A DNA stretch of 64,000 nt from Antedon mediterranea (Eukaryota > Animalia > Echinodermata): assembly GCF_964355755.1 (NCBI RefSeq), contig NC_092680.1, positions 3,286,001-3,350,000 of the forward strand. Reading direction: 5' to 3'. Below the pieces are notes generated by a model. It was not told the DNA's origin. It did no database searches and saw nothing but the letters and a program-made list of their open reading frames with translations. Below, one piece after another: positions 1 through 11,600 of this stretch; the stretch's first letter is position 1, and each line of letters starts with the position of its first letter. A program made the translations under genes and the position numbers.

Positions 1-2181
1 CCTGGTACGGATTACGCCATCAATCTCCAAGGCAAGACCTTCTATCACAACATGGGTCAACGGGACAGTGCAAAAGAACCACTATTTTCATATGTAAATA
101 TGGAAAAATTGAAGAAGATGCCTACATATAAATGTTAGTGATTGTTTCAAAATTGATGACTCCGCCCTATAGCCCCTTTTGGCTTATTTTCAATATCCAC
201 ACATTAAGAACTTTTTAAATAAGATGCTAAAGAGAGAGTGAGTGCCCGAGCTGTTAAGACCGTTGAACCGTAATTATGTAGGGTTTGAGAATGACTCGCT
301 CCATGGTTCCAGTGGTAGAACGAGTCTTCTCTGATAAGGACTATAAACCGTAGGTCCAGTGTACACATCTAGCATGTGCACTTTAAGAACCTAGTATATC
401 TTTCGAGACGAGTAGGGGGTTACCCCAGTGTACTAGCCACTAATCATCTTGGAGACCAGTCTTTTACTGAAGAGGTCACCCAGTATAAAAAAAATGATAA
501 ATAAAAATAAATAAATTTAAATGTTTTATTAATTATGAATGTTTGCCCTATTCTGGTTTGAATTTAGAGTTGGGCAAAATGTCCAAATTACTCTCTGATG
601 CAAAAATATATCTTATGTTTTGTAGGTTTTATCGCATTGTTGGACAACTATGAAAGTGAAACCGGCATTGCAGAGGTTGTTACTGAGGCTGAAGTTAGGG
701 AAAACCAAGTTTTTATTGATGCAATTATGGAAACAAAGGTACTCAATATAATTAATTAGTTTCTGTAATCAATTAATATTGTTTAAACATGCAGATTATT
801 ATTATATTGTATTGCATTGACTGTTTTATTATTCATTGTCTTTTTCTTGTAGGTTATGAAAATAGTCCACAAATATTTAGCAGATAAAAAACTTTCTCCC
901 AAAGATGTCCGAGGTTTTAAGCACCAACTTTATGACATGTGGTTTAAACTTTACAGAAGAACACGTGGTGATAGGTATGCATGTCTTAAGATCCGTCTAC
1001 ACTATCAAATTAGTTTGACAAAAAACGTGTGATGAGCCCAAATATGGTAGTAATATGCTTAAATATGGTAGTGATATATCATCATGTCCATATATGGGCA
1101 CATCACATTTTTTTGTCACATAAGGTTTGATAGTATAGACAGAGCTTCAGAATTTCTTAATATTTTAAATTATCTCTTGTCCCCAGCTAAATGGTTGTTT
1201 AAAAGTCATTTAGGCTCTACTACAAGGTCCTAGTTTAAGAATGCACATCCATTTTCAAGTTGCGACCTCTGCAATAAATGTTCTGCCACAGAAAGTAATT
1301 TCCATAATTTCTTCCAATAAATATATTATAATTCTATATTTTTCAGAGATTTTGACTCATCAGGCTTTGAACATGTATTTGTTGGTGAAAACAAACGAAA
1401 CACGAATGAAGTGACAGGCTTTCATAATTGGATCAAATTTTATCTAGAGGAGGTAAAAGGCAATATTGACTATAAAGGATGGCTACCACCAAAGATCAAG
1501 GTAAGTAATTAACCATACTGTACCATTATTAATTACTAGTTTGAAAAAAGTGTGATGTGCCCAAATATGGTAATGGTATGCTTGACATCATCATGTCCAT
1601 GTATGAGCACATCACATTTTTCGTCACATGAAGTTTGATAGGGTGATGGTATACATGCTATTTGGCCATTTTAAAAAATGTAAAAAATAAAAAGGTGGAA
1701 ATTTGGTCATTTTTCGACATTTTTATTTGTTGACACAACTATTTCAACTCTATACCCACTCTCAATCATAATGCGCGAGTTTTACGAGGTTCGACTTTTT
1801 ATGTCTTGTGCATACATGGCTATTTTTGGAAAAATTAATATACAAAAAACCAATATTAACTATAAATGGCATCTAGGATGCTTGCAGAAAAATAAAAATG
1901 ATTGTATTATATTGTATTGTTTATTTCAGAGAGGTCGACCAAGAGCAGACAACAATGCCCAACTAGTTACTATCCAATTCACGTGGAAGGGCGGAGTCAA
2001 GCCCCTCGGTAGTTCGTTTATCGGAACGAGTCCTGAGTTTGAAATGGCTCTATACACATTGTTTTTCCTAACATCTGAAAAAGATGAACAAGATGTAGAG
2101 ATTGAAGATTATGATGTTCAGGTCAAAGTTCATCACCTTGGTAAAATGCTAGGCAGTTGCTATCCTGTCATTAGGCAGTAA
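1..2181 (+). CDS. ENDOU: Poly(U)-specific endoribonuclease (EndoU/XendoU family), 5'-truncated by the window edge
   Basis: Exons <1-133, 626-738, 853-974, 1347-1500 and 1930-2181 join in frame over GT-AG introns. Motifs [26 protein letters not shown] and [20 protein letters not shown] match the XendoU His/His/Lys catalytic region. Confidence 0.93.
231..492 (+). mobile_element. tRNA-derived SINE with Deu/Nin-type central domain
   Basis: tRNA-like head (TGCCCGAGC...TTAAG), core GATAAGGACTATAAACCGTAGGTCC...AAGAACC...TTCGAGACGAGTAGGGGGTTACCCC, A-rich tail. Further copies at ~8082-8385 and ~10930-11088. Confidence 0.75.
989..1146. mobile_element. MITE family A (PIF/Harbinger-type)
   Basis: Family TIR AGCTCTGTCTACACTATCAAACT...TTTGATAGTGTAGACAGAGCT (slightly diverged here) with internal AAATATGGTAGTGATATG repeats. 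Located in an EndoU intron. Confidence 0.8.
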
Positions 2182-2657
2182 GTAATTATAGAAATGATCA
2201 TCTAAGGTACGATGTTGTATTATATTTATGATACTAGCTTAAAATAAAGAATTTTAAGAAAATGGTTGATTAATTGCATGAATTAAAATCCTTGTATTCA
2301 TATGGTCATGGAAGTTTTAGTTTATGAGTTCCTAAAAAATCTGTGGAATCCACACATAGTGTTCAGAAAAAGATATCTGTATTTCCAGTCTAGACCACCA
2401 AGCTGATACTGTAGCTAGTATGGTAAAACATTGGTTAAAATTATTTAGATCTATTTCGTAGTAAAGCTATGAAACTATTTGTTTTAAATATTTATCATGT
2501 TTAATCTTGGACAGTGCGGCCACACACAAGTTTATGGTCTTCCATGTTAAGGTGTATATTTCACAGTATTATTGTGTTCATGACGATATTGGCAATAACC
2601 TACTGTACCATTGATAGAGATTCATGTACTGCACTTGTTGCTTCAAGATTAGGCTTA

Positions 2658-2841
2658 AGGCCAATTTACACAGACAAGCTTAACGGTAAAGAAAAATATA
2701 GAATCTATGACATTCCTTATGACCATACACACACTGCAAAGTGGACTGGCAGTTCCCACTCAGGATTGATACAGATTCTAAGTGGCACAAAGCTATGCAG
2801 TTTTCCGCTTACCATTACCGTTTGTCTATTTAAATTGGCCT
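2658..2841. mobile_element. MITE family D (Harbinger-type)
   Basis: TIR AGGCCAATTTACACAGACAAG...AAATTGGCCT. Second copy at 5344-5529 is flanked by TTA on both sides. Confidence 0.65.
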
Positions 2842-3089
2842 TTTCTCATTCCTTTGATCCCAATTAAAACCCTTTTAATTCTTGTATTGCACATGTGGTG
2901 TATTACACAAGGTGATGGGACAAAAAAAAATGTGTTTATGATTAATTTTGTTTAAATATTTGGCCAAATGTTCTCTGAATGATTACTGTATGTATTCTTG
3001 CCCAATTTTGTGGCCGTATGTTTTTGGTGCTTTCAAATGATGAGTATATTATATATACTATATATTAATTACCAATAACAAAATAGCTG

Positions 3090-5011
3090 TAGATTAGTTT
3101 ATCTTTAGACATAATGTATTAGGTAATATGCACATGAACTAAATCATGAAATTAAATTGTATACTATTTTATGGTAAGTTTGTTTTTATACTGTGTAATA
3201 AAAAAAATTTATTTTGTAGTACAGTATTAAATAACTTCACTTAAATTCCATCCATGAATTATAGTACAGTATGTCAACTTGTTTATTCTATATATTTCTA
3301 TAATAAAATCAAGCACTTCATTATTTATTCTCCATGTGTGTTTGTCTTTGCATGCTGAATAGCAATATTAATTTCTTTCTGTAATTGACATACTATTTTC
3401 GAAAAATGGCCGATTTTCGACCCTTTAATTTTTTGACATAAATGGTTACTATTGCATAATAAACATGCGCAGAGTCGAATAATGGGTTCTGCGCATGTCA
3501 ATTGTGCTATCATAACCACTTTTGACATAAATGGTTACTATAGCATAATAAACAGTTGGTAGGTTGGTCAGTCGGTCGGTCGGTAAACACTAATGAGCAC
3601 GCGACTGCAGCCATCTATATGGCCTTGTTTGTATATAGATGATATCGACAGCCTCATAACAAAAGTGTCTAAGTCATAATTCACGCGACTTATGGCTGTT
3701 GGCCTTGTTTTGAAAAAGGCCGATTTCCGACCCTTTTATTTTTTGTCATAAATGGTTACTTATGCATAATAAACATGGGCAGAGACGAAAAATGGGTTCT
3801 GCACATGTCAATTGTGCTATAGCAACCAGTTTTGACATAAATGGTTACTATAGCATAATAAACATGCGCAGAGGCGAATAATGGGTTCTGCGCATGTTAA
3901 TTGTGCTATAGTAACCAGTTTTATCAACCAATAAAAAGGTCGAAAATTTGCAATTTTTGGAAAAAATCCCTGTACTATAGTACATGGACATTTTTAAAAA
4001 AATGGCCGATTTTCGAGCCTTTTATTTTTTTGACATAAATGGTTACTATTGCATAATAAACATGCGCAGAGACGAATAATGGGTTTTGCGCATGTCAATT
4101 GTGCTACAGTAACCACTTTTGACATAAATGGTTACTATAGCGTAATAAACAATGGGTTCTGCGCATGTTAATTGTGCTATAGTAACCTGTTTTATCGACA
4201 AATAAAAAGGTCAAAAATTTGCCATTTTTTGAAAATTGTTTTTCATGTTTCTTGTATTTTTACTTTAGTTTTAATTTAAGAGGGAGAATATTCAATAATA
4301 ATATCATTACGGTGGTCACAACACATAGTCTCTCTCCGGGGTATTTAATTCTAAATATTCCAGAAATAAAATTAATACTCTAATAATAACTAATATTGAA
4401 TAAAATAATTATTGACAATTATTCGTAGGGCAGTGCCAAATTATGTTTAAAACAACAACATTACACAGCTTGCTGTGCAATTAACACCATTGTTGTGCAC
4501 TTGAATGGGTTTCCTATGATAATAGTTGTTAATATGTTATTTGAGTGAGTCTTTCATGGCATTTGTAGTTGAGTTACTCTTTGGTGACAGGGATTTTTTT
4601 GAAAAATGGCCAAACTATCCACTTTTTAAAATTCAATAATTATGCGATAATATTGCAATGTATTGTGTTATCATCTGATAGAGCCATAGTAACTAGTTAT
4701 TTCAAAAAAGAAAAAAATAGATATTTTGACTAGATTAGTTTATCTTCAGACATTATGTATTAAGTAATACGACATGAACTAAAACATGAAAGTAAATTGT
4801 ATACTGTACTGTATTGATAAGTTTTTTTTATACTGTGTAATAAAAAAATCTATTTTGTAGTACAGTATTAAATAACTTCACTTAAATTCCATCCATGAAT
4901 TATAGTACAGTATGTCAACTTGTTTATTCTATATATTTCTATAATAAAATCAAGCACTTCATTATTTATTCTCCATGTGTGTTTGTCTTTGCATGCTGAA
5001 TAGCAATATTA
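3090..5011. repeat. ~280-bp direct duplication (3090-3370 and 4731-5011) bracketing a repeat array
   Basis: Near-identical TAGATTAGTTTATCTT...GCTGAATAGCAATATTA at both positions. Confidence 0.9.
3395..4235. mobile_element. Helentron/HINE-like non-autonomous element with tandem ~90-bp hairpin units
   Basis: About 6 copies (some truncated) of GGTTACTATAGCATAATAAACATGCGCAGA-N~13-TCTGCGCATGTYAATTGTGCTATAGTAACC. Also a (GGTC)n tract and two CACGCGACT...GGCCTTGTTT ends at ~3598-3630 and ~3682-3710. Confidence 0.55.
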
Positions 5012-5065
5012 GTACATTATTTGAATTCTAGTAAGTCTATAAATTAGATGATCATAATGGCTTAA

Positions 5066-5340
5066 AGATGTATTGTCCCCAAAAATCATGAAAAATAAAG
5101 ATTTTTAAAATCGGACTTTGAATAGGCCATTTTGCAGTTTCAATGAAGTTGTTCACTTCCATAAGAAAAAAAACGGGGGAAAAAAATTATTTCACCTATA
5201 AAAAGACAAAATAAACAGTTAAATTACCCAAAAACCCAGACCCAATTTTTTGTGAGAGTGAATAACTATTATGTGACATTAAAATAACATATTCAACAAC
5301 AAAATTTAAAAAAATATTTTTTTAGGGGGACAATATATCT
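5066..5340. mobile_element. MITE family B (Kolobok-like, TTAA target)
   Basis: TTAA|AGATGTATTGTCCCC...GGGGACAATATATCT|TTAT. Related copies at 38876-~39204 and 41349-~41606. Confidence 0.7.
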
Positions 5341-5343
5341 TTA

Positions 5344-5529
5344 TGGACAATTTACACAGACAAGCGGCAACGATAAGCCGAAAACCGCGTAACTTATGCC
5401 ACGTTGAATCTGTATCTATCCTCAGCAGAAACCACCTGTGTCTGCTCCGCCCTTGTGTAAATGGTCATAAGGAATAACTTGGATTCCATAGTTTTATTAC
5501 CATTACTGCTTGCCTGTGTAAATTGGCCT
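5344..5529. mobile_element. MITE family D copy abutting a family B copy
   Basis: TTA|TGGACAATTTACACAGACAAGC...GCTTGCCTGTGTAAATTGGCCT|TTA. Confidence 0.7.
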
Positions 5530-5620
5530 TTACAGTATCTCAGATTTGGCCTTTATCATATCAAATGATCATAGTATCTGTGTTGGGTCAGTTCATTTGT
5601 CTTCATATTTCACCTTTGAC

Positions 5621-8600
5621 CTATGACTTTTTGCTTCTTTTATTCCTGTTTTTCACGTTTGTTACTTTGTAAAAGTGTGTTCCTATCTTCTTCTCTTTTT
5701 GTTTTCTTTCAAGATTTCTCCTCTGAAAAAGGAAAACAAGTCAATGGAGTACAGTACAATGGTTAACACATGGTCTACTTTTGAAATCCGAATGCGATTA
5801 AAAACCCTTAATTTAGTTGTGCTACAAGATTAATATGGGAAAATACCACAGGGTTTCACTATAATGTTAAAATCTACGTTTTGTGTGATATCCAAGACAG
5901 CATGACTACATATCTGAGATGGTTTTTGAATCATCTCAAAATTAAGTATAAAAGTACATACCTGTTTTGATGTGAGGTTTACGTTAACATCATCATCATC
6001 ATTGTTGTCATCATCATGCTTGCGTTTCTTTGATGTTTTCACTGTTTGGACAGCTGGTTCTGTGTAGAGTAAGTGTTTACTAGGAGTTATACCAGCACAA
6101 AATCTCGCTAGCTATAACACTAGTCTGACAAAAAAAGGTGTGATATGCCCAAATATGGTAGAGATATGCTCAAATATGGTAGTGATATGACATCATCCTG
6201 TCTATATATGGGCAAATCACATTTTTTTTGTCACATAAGTTTTCATTTCAGAAACAAGTACACATAGTTACACCAGGATACACTATACACAAGACACAGC
6301 TTGTATTGCAGAGCTATGCTGTCAAAATTTGGGAGATTAAAAACACAACAAAAATTCATAGAGGGTGCTCGTCAATGTTTATGTGTGGAGAAACTATTTG
6401 TTCAGGTGTTCAAAAGATGGAATGGTCTATTTAACCCAAAATGTACTGACAAACATGTCGACAGATCCAAACTATGGATGTAATCAATCAAATGGTTTCA
6501 AGCTGTCTACAGCCAAGTTACCTTTCTCTTGTTGGTTTTTACTCCTGCTCTGCTTCATCTCTTTCACTGCCTTCATCTCTTCTTGATTCTTGTTGCTAAG
6601 GAAAGCACTTACACCAGCTATCACTCCTCCCTCTCTTTTTCGTTTGTCTTTACCTTGGAAATCTTCAAGGCTTACTTCTACAGCACCTTTTACCACCTTC
6701 CCTCGTTTCTTCTTGTCTTTCACGTTTACCGATTTCCTTCGAGACGTTCCTGCACTTTTATCATCATTCTCTAAATCTGAAACCCTTTCATTGGTCTCCA
6801 TCCTGTTATCATTTTCTACAAAGTCCGGTGTTTTATCATCAAAATTAAATTTCGGCCCAACAATGATTTGAGAAAAGTCTTGTACAACACCAGTTACTTG
6901 TTTAGATTTCTTTTTATTCTTTTTAGTTTCCTTTTCTTTGATAGCACTCTCTACAGAAGACTGTTCCTCAATATCATTCTTTTCAGTGGCATCTGTTGCT
7001 TTAACAAACTCAATGAAGTTTGATTGGACTTTTTCTTTGGACTTTTCCTCTTTCTTTGAAGGCAATTGCTATAAAATATACAGATTAGGAAAGAGTATTA
7101 TAATCAGTATACAGTAGAACTCATATCAAGGGGGGGGGGGGGGGAGACACCTTTGCGACTTACCAAAGACTACATTTAATAGGACTACCTTCTGAATAGG
7201 AGTTGGCCATAGTGTTAGAACATGTGTTAAAACATACATTTCCCCTGTATTTTGAGTTTATTTTATGTAGTTAAGTTCTTCTGGGGCCCCAGACATTTCA
7301 TGTTATGGTGACTTTGTTGCTTTTGGGGTCCCAGGACATGAAATATGTGAAAGTTTCACCAAAGTGTGGTACTTTACTGTATTCTTCACATGATTTTAAT
7401 TCAAATAAGACAAAAAGAGAAATGATAATCAAGCAAGCAAAGCCTAACCGTTTTATCATCGCTAGGTGGCGGTCTAACATAGAAAGGTATCTTGCCGCGT
7501 TGCCAATCATTTAGCACCATCTTAGCAACTGTACTAATGTCAGGCTCTCCTTTCTGTAAGATAAAATTAATTATAAGTAATTACAGTACTATAGTATGTT
7601 AAAAAATAATACTAATTCATTCATTCATCAGTGGAAAATTACTTCAATTTATTGTCATTTGCATATAAAATATACATAGAAATTATGTTTGCTCCAAGAT
7701 ATACAAAAACAGATAAATGAAAAAAAATAACAAAAACAATTAAAAATTTAATTTACACTCTCGTAATAAAACAAACATTAACACAAATATTAACCCACTT
7801 TAAAAAAGACAGTTTTGGAGCATTTATTTATACATTTTGAAGAAAAATAAAAACAAACACAAAGATAAAATTTACCTTGAGGAGTTTACCACTTCTACGA
7901 GCTAGCTGTTCTAGAAAATCTATATGATCTTTCCATTGCGTTAGTCGATATGTTTTTGTGATGTAGTCTGGCTTTACACGTCGTAGCACCTCTGGGATGT
8001 GCTCCTCAGGAAATTTGACATTCTCAACTCGTACCTGAAATGACGAAGCAACTTAATTATAGTTATTTCATAAATGTAATATTAACAGTGGAACCGTAAT
8101 TACGTAGCCATAACATCGGCAGGGGTTCGAGGCTCACTCACTCCATGGTTCTGGTGGTAGAACGAGTCTTCTCGGATAAGGACTATAAACCGTAGGTCCA
8201 GTGTACACATATAGCTCGTGTGCACTTTAAAGAACCTAGTACATCTTTCGAGACGAGTAGGGGGTTACCCCGGTGTATTAGTACATCACAGCCACTGATC
8301 ACCAACTGGGCCCTCTGGGAGACCAGTCTTTGACTGAAGAGGTTACCCAGTATAAATATATATTTCAATTCAATTCAATTCAATTAATTATTACCATTTA
8401 AGTGACATTTCCAACACCAATCAATGGAATATATATTATATATATTTTTGCTGCAATTTGCTTTTATTTAAACATGTAATCCTCTAAAATCTATCAAAAC
8501 ATTAACTTCCTTATTCTTTTCTATTATTTATGTTTTTTATTAATTCGGATTTGTCTAAAGCTCTGTCTCCACTATCAAACTAGCTTGACAACAAAAGTGT

Positions 8601-11600
8601 GATGTACCCAAATATGGTAGTGATATGCTCAAATATGGTAGTGATATGACATCATCATGTCTATATATGGACACATCAAACTAGTTTAATAGTGTAGCTA
8701 CAACTCTAATGGCATTGGGTACAATTCTACTTACCACACCCTTCAGTATAATCTCTGTTTCCGTGTCTCCAGTCGGGTTCACTGTGCCAGGGCAGTCGAT
8801 GAGGTAGATACGTCGCATCAAGGTTATGTACTGCCAAACTTTGGTTTCACCAGCTATAGGTGCAACTTTGCAAACTTTCTTTGAGCGTAGTGTGTTGATG
8901 ATTGAACTTTTACCTACATTTGGGTAACCTATAAAGCCGACGCTTATCTGCTTTTTATCAATGTGAAGCTAATTTAAATAAAAGAAAAAACAGTTGCTTT
9001 AATGAAAAAAATGTGTCCATGTGTTTAAAATATAGAATTGTGATGTATCTACACATTTAAATGACAGTATTTACTTTTGTAACATTACCCCTACTCCTGT
9101 CAATTTATCATTTTTTATAAAACTTAAAATCAGAGTAGAAAAAACAATGCATATGCTATACAAATACCAAAATTAAAATGTATTTATTAAAAACATCATT
9201 TGTAAAATGATCAAACTTCATGTTTAGTGATTTCCAATTTCACAGGCACGACAATATAAACTATGCTGCTCCTAAAACAAAGTCCAACATCTTGTATATT
9301 TAACTTTATTCATTATTATGCCAAGTCTATAAGTAACTGTTTAAGTTCTCAAATTTCTACTAAAATTGGTAGAAACTGTTATACTCACTTTCGAAAATTG
9401 TCGCAAAAGTTGGATGAGAGCACCTTTTCCAAAAGGATTTTTCACACTTGCATGGAATGCTAATGTGGGGCATTCACTGGATAACACAGCAACCCAGTGT
9501 TTCTGAAATGACATACAACAGAGACATAAAAACATCATTAAATACATAAAATAAATACCATACTTATACATTTATAACACACCCTAAAGCTCTGTCTACA
9601 CTATCAAACTTTATGACAAAAAAATTGTGATGTGTGCCCATATATGGACATGATGATGTCATATCACTACCATAGTACGGGGTATCAATACCATATTTGG
9701 GCACATCACACTTTTGTTGTCAAACTAGTTTGATAGTGTAGACAGAGCTTAAGTGTATCCTTGCCATTGACTGGTGCAGTGCATTTTGTTGGATCCTGGT
9801 GATTAGGTGGTACATTGTACCTTCAGGTTTGAAATACGTAGACACTGTGATGAGACCATAGGCCGGACCAATATGTCCGCTTAATAGTGTAGAGTAGAGT
9901 TTGTGTTTTGCCCCAGGTTCAATTCATAGGAAAGTGTTCCCTTAATAGGAGTGTCCCAAAGGATGGTTTTACTGAAAGTGCATTTCAGTTTATGAAATGT
10001 AATTGCAGGGTCTTAACACTAAAATAATACAAAAAATATAGTGTAATGTGAACTCACTGTGACCCAGGTTGGTACTAAGTCAACCTTATTCAAAATAAAG
10101 ATCAAGTGCTTAAATGGTTTCTCCTTCTTTAAGTAACTTTCTATGTGCTGTGATCTTGTACCCATTGGGTCTCTTGCATCAAGAACTTGTATCAAAACAT
10201 CTGAGGAATCTACTACCTAAAATAGAAAATATAAATGTTGACTTCTTGTATTGTTTTCTTTTGTCTATCTGGATATTGAAGTGCTTCTTAAAGAATAACA
10301 GACTAAACATTTTGACAAACAGGTCAAATTAGCAATTGAAGTGACGGTACCTATCTCTTGCATGTTAACAACAGTGAAAACTCATGAGTTAGATTTTGCT
10401 AAGCACACTTGACGTCACAGCAATTTACGATGACGGCTGCCATCGCGCACTGCGATATTGCAAGTCTCGCAATTGTTCTGAAATCGTATGTACATCCGTA
10501 ATATGTAGTCAAAATATGGTTCTCGGTAAATTGTCCTTTAATGTTACTGAAACTAATAGATTAAGCTATATTGTTAGAACAGCAAGATATTTGCGCAACA
10601 CTTGCCTTGTATAACTCGTTCCAAATTCTCTTTGATTGGCCAGCTCCAAAAACCCAATCTCGCACTTCGTCCTTGATCCCATCGTCATCCTCCTTTTCCA
10701 GATCATTGTCTTTCTCTTTGTCGTAATCATCCACAGCTTTATCTACAGTAGTTGCCATTTCCTAATGAACAATATTTATATTATACAGTATTCATATTGA
10801 AGATAAAACAGAACATATATATTCATATATCGTCATCATCTTACATCCTATACAGTGCAGGACCTCATTTGAGTATAGTCACACATGGTTGAATTGAATT
10901 GACCCACTTACAGTATGATCAATTGCAGTTATGTACTAGTGCACATGAGCTAGATGTGTACACTGGACCTACGGTTTATAGTCCTTATCCGAGAAGACTT
11001 GTTCTACCACCAGAACCATGGAGCGAGTGAGCCTCGAACCCTTGCCGATGTTATAGCTATGTAATTATGGTTCAACTGTCTTAACCGTTGCGTAAATAAT
11101 ACTGGACATTTTTCACAATGATACACTCAAAATGTTGCAATGCAGATGTACAACTGAGTAAGGGGTGTCACCTCAAATGAGTGTATCTGATTCACTGATT
11201 ATTGCAGCCATATTCCATGATCCCTCTCTATGGTGAATCACTTTTTGGGCTGTGATTACATTAGAGTTAGGCTCTTGTTAAAAACTCTTTGGTTGTTACT
11301 TACAGACATATCTGAGAACTTTATATTGACTCTTTTGCGCTGTTTTTTGGGTCCAAATGTTCTTTCAAAGCTCTGTGTATCTAACAGATGAACTCTGGAA
11401 TGCTAAACAAAAAGACAGTTCATAAATAAACAATGCATCTTCACTTTGCTTATATACTATTAGACAATTAGATATTCTTGTGTCTAAAATCTATTTAGCA
11501 TCAAAAGAATAGAAATCCAATTTAAACTGGAATTAGACTATGACAATGATGCGAAAGGGAATTACATAATTTGATTATTAATTGATTTGAACCAAACCTT

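Noticed and set aside
2514-2867. 117-aa ORF downstream of EndoU
   Set aside because: GTG start, overlaps a MITE, no recognisable motif; probably 3' UTR.
5621-5722. Suspected frameshift in the last GNL2 exon
   Set aside because: Re-reading gives GTA ACA AAC GTG AAA, an intact ...TNVKNRNK... frame.
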